Counted from the stretch's first letter, positions 50,452 to 60,829 are shown. The stretch is DNA of 64,000 bases from Turneriella sp. (GCA_965279515.1 CBDIID010000003.1:1888001-1952000), one strand, 5' to 3'. The notes: generated by a model from the letters alone, not told the origin. Made by a program: numbers and translations.

Positions 50452-51030
50452 TCCACCAGTCAGTACGTCATCAGCCAAGGTCGCGGCCGAAACGATACCC
50501 CTGGCACCTTCAGGAACCGATCGTGCTCCCCAATTTTCAGTGCCGGGTATGTGATGACAAAGCCAGGACACACAGAATTTACTTTAATTTGCGTTCTCAG
50601 AGCTCCCTTACGATTTTGACTGCCAGGCCATTCAATGCTACCTTTGTTAAGGCATAGACCGGTACTCAGCTGGGGTGTGGGGATAATCCAAAAACAGGAT
50701 CTGTAAAGAGCCTGCTACACTGGAGACATTCACTACGCGTCCCGAAGAACTTTTTTAAGGTAGGAAAACATGGCAACGATAAGCCACTATGCACCAAAGA
50801 GATTCGTATCAAAGACATCACCGGCAAACTTAAAATCCGGTTCTAATGCGGCTTTTCCCGCATCAAAATAACCCCCGGCATTATTGATGATTGTATCCAA
50901 ATGATCAAACCTGCCGCTAAAATGTGAGATGAAGTTCTCTATACGGGAAAGGTCGACAACATCCAACGGATGCGTTTTGCCAATTCCGCCATCTTTGCCC
51001 CATACGGGAAAATTGAAATTATTTAAGCGT
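50452..51030 (-). pseudogene. Decayed carbonyl-reductase-like SDR (5' truncated, several stops and frameshifts)
   Basis: Across frames: LDTIINNAG...DTNLFGA*, GRVVNVSSVAGS, *VPVYALTKVALNG (YxxxK), KVNSVCPGFV, GARSVPEGARGIVSAATLADDVLTGG; stops at 50787, 50666 and 50597. Confidence 0.88.
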
Positions 51031-51033
51031 GAG

Positions 51034-54000
51034 TCAAAATTTTTGCAGACCAATCTTGTACAGCTCAGTCTCTTTTAAGGTGCCCATCAGATATAACTGC
51101 GTCCAACCTAAGCGCACAATTTCCAGCGCAATTAATTCTGCTCTCTCGCGGCGTTTCCAATATCCATCCATTGCTTCCAAAAACTCGGTGGCCGAAACCC
51201 GCCCTTGTGCTACGCGGGATTTTTCACGAGACAGGATGCGGCTGTATTCTATTAATTCAGTGACTAACGTTTCTGCGTGTTCCTTAGATGTCTTCAGGCG
51301 GAGCTTGACATCGTTTAGCTGGATTTTGGCGGCACGACGAGCATCCACCAACTGTTGTCGCTTTTCCTCATAGGCTTCTGCCTTCATTTGCCTACGCGTA
51401 ATCTGTGTGCCGCCATCGAGGATACGCCATCGAGCACCTATGGATGCCTGGAACCAATCCTCAGGTGTGAATTGCCGTGCTCCATAATGTGTATAATTGC
51501 CACGGGCATAAATCTCCGGAAGTGATTCCAGAAGAATCCCGTCTCGCTCTGCTTCCAGTGCCGCCATGAATGTCTCAAGTGATTTGAGATCGGGACGATT
51601 TGCGATATCATTTTCATGAACTTCAGGCGGAAGTGCCTTTTCACCAGTGAGTGGCGTTCTTGGGCCATCGGAAGCAGTGAGCCGACCTAAATCTTCCTCA
51701 CAGAGTCTTCGTGCATCGCCAATGGTGTCCAGTCCATTGCGCGCTTCCGCTGTTTTCATCGCAACTTTTGCCTGATCAATTTCGCGCGAACGCCCGGAGC
51801 GGGCGAGACGCCGGAGCTCTACGGTGAGCGATTCGAGATTTTTTACGCGCTCCCTGGCGATTTTCTGCCGCTCACCGAGCTCGGCGCAATCGTAGAATCG
51901 GGATAGTGCCATGTAGATCGCACTCATCGATTCCCATTCAGCCATAAGTGCCGCAGCTCGTTCGCGGCGCGCAGCGGCCGGGATTTTCGACAGAACGCTG
52001 TCGGAGGCCCAAAGAGTCTGGTAGACTTCTACGCCCAGTTGGCCATAGTTCTGCCTGCCATAGGGGAACTGCCCAAAGGGAGTTTGCAGAAAAAAGTCAC
52101 GATCCCGAAGGATGTATTCACCTCCGGCTGTTATTTTAGGTCCCCAAACACCCAAAATTTCGGTATTCTTCCCTGCGCTAGCGATCGCGGCGCGGTGCCA
52201 TGCCGCTTTTGCCGAGGGGGCATCTGCTGCCCGAACCAGCACTTCAGCGGTGGTGATGGGGGGAACATCAACAGCCCTCAAGGGATTCATGGCAACCGCA
52301 AATAGTGCTACTGTAGCGATGACTTCCATCCGTATTTTTTTATCCTTCAATTTTGCATAGAGCCAGGGCACAATGAATAATGTAAAGAGCGTCGAAACTC
52401 CGAGCCCCGACATCATCGCCCACGCAAATGGGGGCCAAAGTGTCGAGTCGGTAAACGTGAGTGGCACCATGCCCAGAATCGTTGAGCCACTCGTCAGCAA
52501 GATCGGACGCAGGCGCTCTCGTATACCGATACGTACGGCAGCCTCTCTGCTTTTGCCCTCCGCCTGCGCGGATTTAAAACGATCTATGAGTAAAATCCCG
52601 TTGTTTACCACAATACCAATCAAAGCAAAAAGCGCCAGCAGCGCCATGAAGCCGAATGGTTTGCGCCCAATGGCGAGGCCTGGCAAAACACCCAATGCGG
52701 CTGTGGGCACACAGGTCAGGATAATGAGTGTAAGTTTGAGCGAATTGAACTCCCAGATCAGGATCGCAATCAGGATAATCATCGCGAGCGGCATAGCGGC
52801 CAGAATCGCGCCATTTGCTTTCAGTGATTCGCCCACCTCGCCGCCGATTTCATACCGAGCCCCGGACGGCAGGGGATGAGTTTTTATATATTCTTTTGCA
52901 TGAGAGAGCAGGTGAGCTGCGCTCAGGGTACCATTCGTTTCCGCCAATACACGCACGACGTTCTCGCGATCCCGGCGATGTAGAATGCCCGTGCCGTGCT
53001 TCTCTGAAAAAACTGCAGTGTCCGCGATGGTGATCGCGTGGTCTGGATTCTGCCCAACCACGGCGCGTTTCAATATCGTCGGGGTTGTTTTTTCCGCCTC
53101 ATTGTAAGCGACTATGATCGGTAGGGTTTCCGTATCGGTGCGGAAAAAACCGGCTGGAATACCCCGGGTTGCCTGCAAAGCCGCCAAAGCGAGGTCATTG
53201 CGTGTCAGTCCATTTTCCGCGAGTACCCGATCGCGGGGATTCAATCTAAGCTCGCGCGAAAAACCTTCCGCATCGTGACGCACGGTTCCCGCACCCGAAA
53301 TAGCAGAAAGCGATGATACCATCATGTCAGCGTATGGAAGAATATCCGGCCCCAGGAGACGAATCTCCACCGGCGCCGGAATCGGTGGGCCTTGCTCCAG
53401 TGAGCGGACGATGATGCGCGGCTGCCCTGTCAGTGCAAGTTCGCCGATTTCGCGCCGCAAATTCGTATGGCTCGACACCGCGGTAGTCATCACCAATATT
53501 TGCGCCAGATGCGGCGCATTGGGTTGCTGGTTAAGATTGTAATAAAATCGCGGAGTCGAGCGGCCAATGAACGAAGCATATCCGTTGACAAATTTGGAGT
53601 CCCCAAGTCGGGCTTCGATGGCATCGACAGCCTTTCGGGTGCGCGAGAGCGCGGTACCTTCCGGATACAGTATCTCTATGACGAGCTGCTGCCGGTCCGC
53701 TGAGGGGAAAAATTTTTGGCCGATGGTGAATGCTGAAAGCACGGCAACGATGATAAGTGTGCCGATGCCAAAAACAATGTGGTGTGAGGCGCCAGTGGCG
53801 ATAGAAGAAATCCATGTGGATACTCTGTCAAGAAATGGCCATTCACGGGTCATACCACGTTTGAGGCCCCAGGCAGCGAGCGTGGGCGTCAGATAAACCG
53901 CTGCAAGCCAGCTCACGCTGAGCGTCGTGATAGCGATAGCAGGTATAGCAAACGTAAACTCTGAGGTCGTGCCCTTGGCCAAGAGCATCGGTAGAAACGA

Positions 54001-55320
54001 AGCAACCGTTGTGAGCGTCGAAGAAAGTAATGGAACCGCGAACATCGAAACCGTTTTTGTTGCGGCAACCATTCGTGGCACGCCGCGGTCGATCTGCTCT
54101 TGTACACTTTCTGCCACGACAATAATGTTATCAATCAAGAGACCCAGTGACATAACAAAGGCTGCTATCGAAATCTGCTGCAAGACACCACCTACAATGG
54201 AATTCAGGGCCAAGGCAATAAGACTGATAAGCGGGAGCATCAGGGTGACCACCAGGCCGACGCGGATCCCCATGGTGATGAGCATCATTGCCCCGAGAAT
54301 GATCATACTTTCGAGCAGTGAGACCGCAAGTTCATTGAGGCGAGAGCGCACAAAAGCAGGTTGTGAATTAATGATCTCAATATCCACGCCTCCTTTCGCT
54401 TCAAATTTACCGATGAGTACGGCAATATCGTCGCCAAAACGTACCAGGTCGATCTCCTGTCGGGCTACGATACCGAGAGCTGACGCAGGTTTCCCCTTCC
54501 AGCGCATTTCTTGCGTGGCTGGCCTTCGCACAGTCTCATCTACCTGTGAAATGGATTTAAGAATGATCGATCCCCCGTTACGCGCTGTGAGAGTAAAATT
54601 GCGAATATCATCCATGGCTTCGAAACCATTCACTGTCTTCAGATTTATTTTATCTCCACCAACGTCGATGCTGCCAGTGCCGAGGCGCTGATTCGCTGCG
54701 AGTACCTGCCCTATCACCTGCGGGCTAGTCAGGCCTGACGCCGCGAGCGCATTGCGATCAAAGGTCAATGTTACCTGTCGGCCTTCGTCTCCTATGTTCG
54801 TGACCGCCGAGACATTTCTGATTTTTAACAGTTCAGTTTCAAGATCCACCAAAGCACGGTGGCGTGCCGCATCCGGGCCTGTCAGGGCAATGAGGATCGC
54901 TTCCTGGTCTAATGCCTTGCGGTTGAGCTGCGGCTTCACCACACCCTGTGGAAAACGCGATTCCGCGCGGCGCAAGGCTGCTTCAACGTCGTCCCATTCG
55001 CGTGTTATCGCCGCGTCAGCAGAGATGGCTCCTTTAAGCTCCACGCGGAAAAAAGCAAATTCAGAACGGATGAGTACATCGAGATGTTCGATACCAGTTA
55101 CTGCACTGAACTCCTTTTCTACTTCGCGGACGACATATTTATTCATTTCCACGGGCGACGCACCCGGATAGATAATATTAATTGTGCCGAAGCGTGGTTT
55201 AAGTCTTGGATCTTCTTCTTTCGCTACGGTGAACCATGAAACAAATCCATAGATGGCGAGAGCACCACCCAGAAACCAAAAGAAACGGGCTCGGCCGGTA
55301 ATTGCTGAACTTGCATTCAT
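51034..55320 (-). CDS. RND (AcrB-family) transporter fused to a C-terminal TolC/OEP domain
   Basis: EEDP, YPGASP, GLLIDNIIVVAE, GIVVNNGILLID, RLRPILLTS; then about 430 aa of OEP-like helical repeats with barrel strands. Confidence 0.88.
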   Translation of the reverse strand: MNASSAITGRARFFWFLGGALAIYGFVSWFTVAKEEDPRLKPRFGTINIIYPGASPVEMNKYVVREVEKEFSAVTGIEHLDVLIRSEFAFFRVELKGAISADAAITREWDDVEAALRRAESRFPQGVVKPQLNRKALDQEAILIALTGPDAARHRALVDLETELLKIRNVSAVTNIGDEGRQVTLTFDRNALAASGLTSPQVIGQVLAANQRLGTGSIDVGGDKINLKTVNGFEAMDDIRNFTLTARNGGSIILKSISQVDETVRRPATQEMRWKGKPASALGIVARQEIDLVRFGDDIAVLIGKFEAKGGVDIEIINSQPAFVRSRLNELAVSLLESMIILGAMMLITMGIRVGLVVTLMLPLISLIALALNSIVGGVLQQISIAAFVMSLGLLIDNIIVVAESVQEQIDRGVPRMVAATKTVSMFAVPLLSSTLTTVASFLPMLLAKGTTSEFTFAIPAIAITTLSVSWLAAVYLTPTLAAWGLKRGMTREWPFLDRVSTWISSIATGASHHIVFGIGTLIIVAVLSAFTIGQKFFPSADRQQLVIEILYPEGTALSRTRKAVDAIEARLGDSKFVNGYASFIGRSTPRFYYNLNQQPNAPHLAQILVMTTAVSSHTNLRREIGELALTGQPRIIVRSLEQGPPIPAPVEIRLLGPDILPYADMMVSSLSAISGAGTVRHDAEGFSRELRLNPRDRVLAENGLTRNDLALAALQATRGIPAGFFRTDTETLPIIVAYNEAEKTTPTILKRAVVGQNPDHAITIADTAVFSEKHGTGILHRRDRENVVRVLAETNGTLSAAHLLSHAKEYIKTHPLPSGARYEIGGEVGESLKANGAILAAMPLAMIILIAILIWEFNSLKLTLIILTCVPTAALGVLPGLAIGRKPFGFMALLALFALIGIVVNNGILLIDRFKSAQAEGKSREAAVRIGIRERLRPILLTSGSTILGMVPLTFTDSTLWPPFAWAMMSGLGVSTLFTLFIVPWLYAKLKDKKIRMEVIATVALFAVAMNPLRAVDVPPITTAEVLVRAADAPSAKAAWHRAAIASAGKNTEILGVWGPKITAGGEYILRDRDFFLQTPFGQFPYGRQNYGQLGVEVYQTLWASDSVLSKIPAAARRERAAALMAEWESMSAIYMALSRFYDCAELGERQKIARERVKNLESLTVELRRLARSGRSREIDQAKVAMKTAEARNGLDTIGDARRLCEEDLGRLTASDGPRTPLTGEKALPPEVHENDIANRPDLKSLETFMAALEAERDGILLESLPEIYARGNYTHYGARQFTPEDWFQASIGARWRILDGGTQITRRQMKAEAYEEKRQQLVDARRAAKIQLNDVKLRLKTSKEHAETLVTELIEYSRILSREKSRVAQGRVSATEFLEAMDGYWKRRERAELIALEIVRLGWTQLYLMGTLKETELYKIGLQKF

Positions 55321-55329
55321 ATTTTCTCC

Positions 55330-56100
55330 TTATGGCACGGCAAGAAATGCTCGGCCTCGTAAGGCCTGCAACAAAGTAAACGTTGCGAACGAACCATAAA
55401 TTAAGGCGAAGGCCAATGTGAGCCAGATATTTTTTAGAAGGTAGAAAGAAGCCAGAGGAATAATCTGTAGTGCGTGCATACCGAAGAAATGAGCGACCCG
55501 GCCATCACCAAACTCTAAGCTCCAGCCGAAGAATCTCATACCCTGACCGCCATCTTCGCCGCCAATAGTATGCTTTAGCTTTGAACCCATAACGAAGCCC
55601 TGAAAGGAAAAAATGATGAAGATGATGAGACCGAAGCGTATTGCCCAGAGATAATGCAGCGGTAATTTTAAATCTGATGAAGATAAAAAAATCACTGCCA
55701 TGTACGTTGTCATCATTGTCGCAATTGCCGCTGCAAGGGCCATAAGGGCATAGAGCGCGGCGTACATAGGTGTACTCAGGTTGAAATGGGATGCTTCCCC
55801 GCGCGCAGCCTGAACCGCAATATAGCCGAGATCAAATCCTAATGTTACGATGGTTACGAAGTTAAAAAGTCCTGTGTTCCATTTTCCGCCGAGGTAGCCG
55901 CTGTACCAGCTAACCGTCAACGCGTAGATTCCGATGGACAGACTAAACTTTATGGGCTTAAACCATGCATTTACACCACCAACCTGGATGTGCGTAAGAA
56001 GACTCAAAAACGTGAAAATCAAGGCTAGAGTGAGGCATACCGTTCCGAAATAAAACATTGCTTCATTGCGCTGTCGTATGCCATCCAAAAACACACTCAT
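55330..56100 (-). CDS. Conserved-looking hypothetical membrane protein
   Basis: About 7 TM; WFKPIKF, QAARGEASHFN, HTIGGEDGG, GDGRVAHFFGMHALQ. Confidence 0.8.
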   Translation of the reverse strand: MSVFLDGIRQRNEAMFYFGTVCLTLALIFTFLSLLTHIQVGGVNAWFKPIKFSLSIGIYALTVSWYSGYLGGKWNTGLFNFVTIVTLGFDLGYIAVQAARGEASHFNLSTPMYAALYALMALAAAIATMMTTYMAVIFLSSSDLKLPLHYLWAIRFGLIIFIIFSFQGFVMGSKLKHTIGGEDGGQGMRFFGWSLEFGDGRVAHFFGMHALQIIPLASFYLLKNIWLTLAFALIYGSFATFTLLQALRGRAFLAVP

Positions 56101-56915
56101 GCTACGCCCCGCTTTTCCCGAGTCATGGCCCCCATCACGACTTGCATCGCCCGCACCGCAAAACGGCGTGGCAGAGTTTTCAGTGAAAAGATGAGGAACT
56201 TGCTGAGAAAGCCGGGCATGACTAGATATCCCCGACCAAGCTTTTTCAGAATCCGTGCACCGATATTCTCAGCCGATGGCGGTTTTCCCATACTCATACC
56301 AGCGCGTTTTCCGAATCCACTGGCGACCGGCCCTGGGGCTGCCGCGAGTACATCGACACCGAAGGGCCTCAATTCAACGGCAAGAGCTTCGGCCAGCGAT
56401 TGAATATAGGCTTTTGTCGCGGCATAGTTTGCCGCGTAAGGCACTCCCTGAAACGCCACCAGAGAGCTCATGAGAATAATGCCTCCGCGCCGTTGCCAGA
56501 CAAATTGTTTTGCAAAATGGTGCGTCATACGCATCACCGCTTCGGCATTCACGCGAAGCATCTGTACTTCGGCCGCTAAATCTCCCTGATGGAAATAACC
56601 CGAGGTACCGAAGCCTGCCGCGGCGACCAGAAGGCCGACCTTAAGATCTGCCGTGTATGCAAAAATGCGGTCGCAGGCTTTCGGGTCACCGAGATCTTCT
56701 GCCAGCACATAGGTCTCTATGCCATAGCGTTCAAAGAGATCTTCTGCAAAGCTTTCCAACTCGCTCTTGTTGCGGGCGATGAGCACCAAATTAAGTGACG
56801 CTGCTGCGAGATTTTCGGCGAGGCTGCGCCCAATGCCCGAAGAGGCGCCGGTGACTACCGCCCAGCTTCCGTAGCGATCTTTCAGACGGCGACCTTCTTT
56901 TCCTGATAATCTCAT
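56097..56915 (-). CDS. SDR (ketoacyl-reductase / 17-beta-HSD-like)
   Basis: RYGSWAVVTGASSGIG, YAATK. Confidence 0.92.
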   Translation of the reverse strand: MRLSGKEGRRLKDRYGSWAVVTGASSGIGRSLAENLAAASLNLVLIARNKSELESFAEDLFERYGIETYVLAEDLGDPKACDRIFAYTADLKVGLLVAAAGFGTSGYFHQGDLAAEVQMLRVNAEAVMRMTHHFAKQFVWQRRGGIILMSSLVAFQGVPYAANYAATKAYIQSLAEALAVELRPFGVDVLAAAPGPVASGFGKRAGMSMGKPPSAENIGARILKKLGRGYLVMPGFLSKFLIFSLKTLPRRFAVRAMQVVMGAMTREKRGVA

Positions 56916-57964
56916 CGTTTAGCTCCTTTATCTGAAAGTTTAATGGATAACGTCTCACCCTCAGCAAGCATGCGGAATGGGAGCGATTCCGGATTGTGCG
57001 CAATGGCCTGCTTCAGATCACGGGCCGGCGCATCTATTGCTTCAGCCGTAAGATTAAATGCACCAAAATGCATCGCTACGGAGGTGCGTGATTTCAGATC
57101 GATATGGGCCTGAACGGCCTCTTTAGGATTCATGTGAAATTCCCGCATGCGTTCGTTCGGTTCATACGCTCCAATTGGCAACAAGGCAATAGTGGGATTT
57201 CCCAGCCGCCGGTAAATTTCGCTGAAATGGCTGCTATACGCCGTGTCGCCGGCGAAATAGACATAATTTTTTCCGCCTAAAAATATCGCATACGAGCCCC
57301 ACAGGGATTCGTCGCGGTCAAATAAACCGCGACCTGAATTATGCCGAGACGGCGTGAGAAGAATTGAGCTTCCCTCACCGACTTTATAAGACGCCCACCA
57401 GTCGAGTTCAATCACGTTTTCTGAGACATGTTCGCGGATAACCCCCGCATTTCCGAGCGGGACAACAAATACGGGATTGGAATGTTCCTTCAATTGAATG
57501 AGTGTTGGTAAATCGAGATGGTCATAGTGGTTATGGCTGATGACAACTGCATCGACATGCGGCAGACGAGACATTGCGATACCCGGCTCGACAGCGCGTT
57601 TGGGGCCAGCCCAAGGAAAGGGACCAACCTTCGTAGACCAGACGGGATCGGTGAGCACCGCTGTGTCAAATGAGCGGACGAGCAGCGTTGCATGGTTTAT
57701 GAATGTTATTGAGATTTCTCCGCGGTTCACTTTTGGCAGTGTAACGTTTGTTGTGACTGCCCGCGTGCCATCGGGCCAATCACTGTTTCGTCCTGACGCG
57801 ATATGCCGCGCGACTGCAGCAAAGCTCATGTGTTTAGTACGGGGCGTGTTATGAAAGACTTTACCATCAAAATGGTCAGACAATGGATAGTTATGTGCAG
57901 TAGCGCAGCCAACAGCAAGACCAAGCGGGCAGAATATTAGTAAAAAAAACGCAGGGCTACACAC
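56912..57964 (-). CDS. Metallo-beta-lactamase-fold hydrolase (NAPE-PLD/RomA-like), probable lipoprotein
   Basis: AVG-C lipobox, SDHFDG, SHNHYDHLD, YFAGDT, LPIGAYEP, HMNP. Confidence 0.88.
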   Translation of the reverse strand: MCSPAFFLLIFCPLGLAVGCATAHNYPLSDHFDGKVFHNTPRTKHMSFAAVARHIASGRNSDWPDGTRAVTTNVTLPKVNRGEISITFINHATLLVRSFDTAVLTDPVWSTKVGPFPWAGPKRAVEPGIAMSRLPHVDAVVISHNHYDHLDLPTLIQLKEHSNPVFVVPLGNAGVIREHVSENVIELDWWASYKVGEGSSILLTPSRHNSGRGLFDRDESLWGSYAIFLGGKNYVYFAGDTAYSSHFSEIYRRLGNPTIALLPIGAYEPNERMREFHMNPKEAVQAHIDLKSRTSVAMHFGAFNLTAEAIDAPARDLKQAIAHNPESLPFRMLAEGETLSIKLSDKGAKR

Positions 57965-57965
57965 C

Positions 57966-58532
57966 TCAGATACCCTGCTCCGCTTTGCGCTTAATCTCAG
58001 TCAGCCAGGCATCGTGTAGGCGCGATAATTTATTCGGCACGAAAATTTTTTGAAAGAAAGTTAGAAATCCCTTCTGCGATTCATCCGTTATCAGAATGAC
58101 GCCGTCCTTCTTCGGAATAATCAGCCAGGCATGGTAGCCGCGAATCACAGCCTTTTTTGACTCCCAGGAAAGCCGGCGATTCGGTACATATTCCCTAATC
58201 GTCGAGACGAAGTCCAGGCCCATCGTAGTCCAGGTAAAGACGCTCGCCTCCTGTAGTTTCGGATGATTGTTCATGATGACGACATTTTGGGCCCCGTCGT
58301 ACCATTCGGGCCATGCCTTCGCGTCGATCAGAACCTTCCAGACAGCCTCTGGTGCGGCTTTTATCTCTATCGAATTATGGATATAGAAACTGGCATCTTC
58401 AGGCAGGTAATCTTCGGGCCAGTTAATTTGTTCTTCATAGCTGCGGCTCTTCGCAATGGAAGGGCCTGTCGACTGGCAGCCAACAGCTAGAACCAGTGCA
58501 GCGCAGAGGAATCGGATATTCTTGTTTTTCAT
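57966..58532 (-). CDS. SRPBCC (polyketide cyclase-like) lipoprotein
   Basis: AVG-C lipobox, IEIKAAPEAVWKVLID...WPEWY, YHAW. Confidence 0.85.
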   Translation of the reverse strand: MKNKNIRFLCAALVLAVGCQSTGPSIAKSRSYEEQINWPEDYLPEDASFYIHNSIEIKAAPEAVWKVLIDAKAWPEWYDGAQNVVIMNNHPKLQEASVFTWTTMGLDFVSTIREYVPNRRLSWESKKAVIRGYHAWLIIPKKDGVILITDESQKGFLTFFQKIFVPNKLSRLHDAWLTEIKRKAEQGI

Positions 58533-58567
58533 TTAGCCCCCTATTACAATACAATATCTACTTTTTT

Positions 58568-58582
58568 GTAGACACTGTCTAC
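58568..58582. promoter_or_regulatory. TetR-type operator GTAGACA-C-TGTCTAC
   Basis: Perfect 7-1-7 palindrome between the divergent SRPBCC and TetR genes; partial copies near 58547-58561 and 58626-58635. Confidence 0.75.
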
Positions 58583-58672
58583 TTATTTTCGCAGATTTTT
58601 CCTTCAGGAGGTGGGAATCCGCAAAGATAGACGCTGGGAGTCTGCGTTGTTTTCTGCTCGCCGCAGGGTCAT

Positions 58673-59320
58673 ATGGCTGTTAAGCGCAAAAACATCCCAA
58701 AAAAACGCGCTACGCTTGGCGAAACAGTACCTGAGGACTTGCGCACAGCGGTTCTCACTGAAAGCCTCAATATTTTACGTAGCGAGGGTATCGGCGCGCT
58801 CAGCATACGCAAAGTGGCCCGTAATCTCGGGATTTCGCATGGTGCGCCCTACCGGCATTTTCCCACCCGCGAGCATATTCTGGCTGCGCTTACAGAGCGG
58901 GGATTCACCTTGTTCGCAGCGGCGCTCAGGGAAAATCTGACACCGCTCTACGAAGTTGACAAACTCGAAGAGCGCCTGATGATGATGTGTGAAAACTATT
59001 TTCGGTTTGTCTTCCGTAATACCGATTACTACCAGTTTATCTTTGGGCCTCGGCGCTTTCCCCATCTTTCGTTTCCGGAGGTAGAGTCTAAGGCCGACAT
59101 GTCGTTTGCAATCCTCACCGAACAGGTCGCGGCGATGATGCACGCGGGTCATATTCGCCGAAGCGACGTCACGGCGGTTTCGATGTTCGTGTTCTCGGCG
59201 ATGCATGGCGCGGCTTCGCTGATGCTCAATGGTGTGACAGAGCACCTCGTGGCCGACCAAAAGATGCGCAATGCCCTATCGGCATTCGTGCAACAGAAAA
59301 TTCTAACCGCCATCCGGTAA
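58673..59320 (+). CDS. TetR/AcrR-family regulator
   Basis: LSIRKVARNLGISHGAPYRHF HTH; MHG (WHG-type) C-terminal domain. Confidence 0.93.
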   Translation: MAVKRKNIPKKRATLGETVPEDLRTAVLTESLNILRSEGIGALSIRKVARNLGISHGAPYRHFPTREHILAALTERGFTLFAAALRENLTPLYEVDKLEERLMMMCENYFRFVFRNTDYYQFIFGPRRFPHLSFPEVESKADMSFAILTEQVAAMMHAGHIRRSDVTAVSMFVFSAMHGAASLMLNGVTEHLVADQKMRNALSAFVQQKILTAIR

Positions 59321-59335
59321 CATACATGTCTCAAG

Positions 59336-60829
59336 ATGGCAGAATATTGGCTTTATGCACCTCTGGGGCAAATGGCAGTGGCGCTCATGATGCAGCTCAA
59401 AATGAATGTGCGGTCTCTCGATGAAAAATTATTTTCGATTACCCAGAGTTCACCACCGCTCGAAACCGCCCTGCCGCTATTCCGAAAATACATAGAGGAA
59501 GCAGATGACTTTGATCTTTTTCGGATAAATCCGTTTTACTTCGCGAAAAATCATGATCTTTCCGACAGTCAATCCATCGATTTATTTCTGCATGCGACCA
59601 AAGCCGGTCTCTTTATTCTGAACTGGCGCCTGATCTGCCCGCGCTGTGGTGACTCGGTCGAAGACTTCAAGGATTTGAAAGACGTGCACGCACATTTCGT
59701 CTGCACGATTTGCCGGCGCGAGCACGACGCTTTCTTAGACGATTACATCCTTATTGATTTCACGATCCATCCTGCGATTCGGCCGATCGCATACCATAAT
59801 CCGGAAAATCTCCCGGTGGAAGATTACCATTACAAATACCATTATTCGCGCGAAGGAAAAATCCCCGGTGGGCCACCGTTCACGGACTGGCTGCGCACCC
59901 AGGAAAAGTTCATCGCCTATGTAAATCCGAACGAGGAGATTAGGAAACCAGTTGACCTGGAAGCCGGGTATGTCATCGGCAACGATTTTATTAACGGGCG
60001 GGAATTCGTTTTCGCCGTTTCTGGGACCAAAACCCCCGATACGCCGTCCGTAAAAACAATCCGCCTGAGCGACAACCATTTAGAAGTCGACGAAAATGTG
60101 GTTGCCAGCGGGCAAAATATTCTTGTCGTCAAAAATCAATCCGCGCAAAAATTCCCACTCGTCATGTATGGTATGGGCCCCGATTTTTACACGAGCGTTT
60201 TCCAGATCGATTTCGATCCTTATCTGACGGCCAAGCGCCTCTTGGTGTCGACAGCCTTCCGCGAACTGTTCCGCAGTGAGGCAATAATCGGCTCAGAGGG
60301 TTTAAGCGTCAAAGATATCACCGTTTTATTCACTGACCTGCGTGGCTCAACGGAGCTTTACGAACGCATTGGCGATCTTAAGGCTTTTGCCCTGGTGCAG
60401 GCGCACTTTGCCCAGATGGGCAAAGTGATCACAAGCAATGCGGGCACGATGGTAAAGACCATCGGCGATGCAATCATGGCAGTCTTCTCCGAACCTGCGA
60501 AGGGTGTGCAAGCTGCTTTGGAAATGTTGGATGAGATTGAAAAATTCAATCAAAATCAGCACCGCAACGAACTCGTATTGAAGATAGCTCTTCACCGCGG
60601 GGCTTCGATCGCAGTAACTCTCAATGATCGCATCGATTATTTCGGGCAAACCATCAATACGGCCGCGAGAGTTCAGGGTGCAGCGCATCCTGAGGAGATC
60701 TGTATTACGCAGGACGTATTCGCAAATGCGGGGGTTACCGTTTTATTGGAGGGCAAAAAAGTCGCCGCAGAAACAATTCAGCTAAAGGGTATTCAAGAAA
60801 AGGTACTAATCCACCGAATCAACCGTTGA
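59336..60829 (+). CDS. Soluble adenylate cyclase with DUF5939-like Zn-ribbon N-terminus (start may be 59387 or 59402)
   Basis: RINP, CPRC...CTIC, FTDLRGSTELY, KTIGDAIMA, DYFGQTINTAARV. Confidence 0.88.
   Translation: MAEYWLYAPLGQMAVALMMQLKMNVRSLDEKLFSITQSSPPLETALPLFRKYIEEADDFDLFRINPFYFAKNHDLSDSQSIDLFLHATKAGLFILNWRLICPRCGDSVEDFKDLKDVHAHFVCTICRREHDAFLDDYILIDFTIHPAIRPIAYHNPENLPVEDYHYKYHYSREGKIPGGPPFTDWLRTQEKFIAYVNPNEEIRKPVDLEAGYVIGNDFINGREFVFAVSGTKTPDTPSVKTIRLSDNHLEVDENVVASGQNILVVKNQSAQKFPLVMYGMGPDFYTSVFQIDFDPYLTAKRLLVSTAFRELFRSEAIIGSEGLSVKDITVLFTDLRGSTELYERIGDLKAFALVQAHFAQMGKVITSNAGTMVKTIGDAIMAVFSEPAKGVQAALEMLDEIEKFNQNQHRNELVLKIALHRGASIAVTLNDRIDYFGQTINTAARVQGAAHPEEICITQDVFANAGVTVLLEGKKVAAETIQLKGIQEKVLIHRINR

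Noticed and set aside
50410..50570. Apparent structured RNA upstream of serC (riboswitch, 6S, SRP or tmRNA-like; GGGGG...CTCCACCA, GTCATCA/TGATGAC)
   Set aside because: No family consensus fits (no T-loop, no SRP helix 8), and most of it translates as the SDR pseudogene C-terminus.
50386..50571. 62-aa N-terminal extension of SerC in the ORF track
   Set aside because: It is the in-frame SDR relic plus spacer; SerC homology starts at MFTHR (50385).
53927..54691. 254-aa plus-strand ORF and many similar overlapping ORFs
   Set aside because: Antisense or alternate-frame shadows of well-supported genes.
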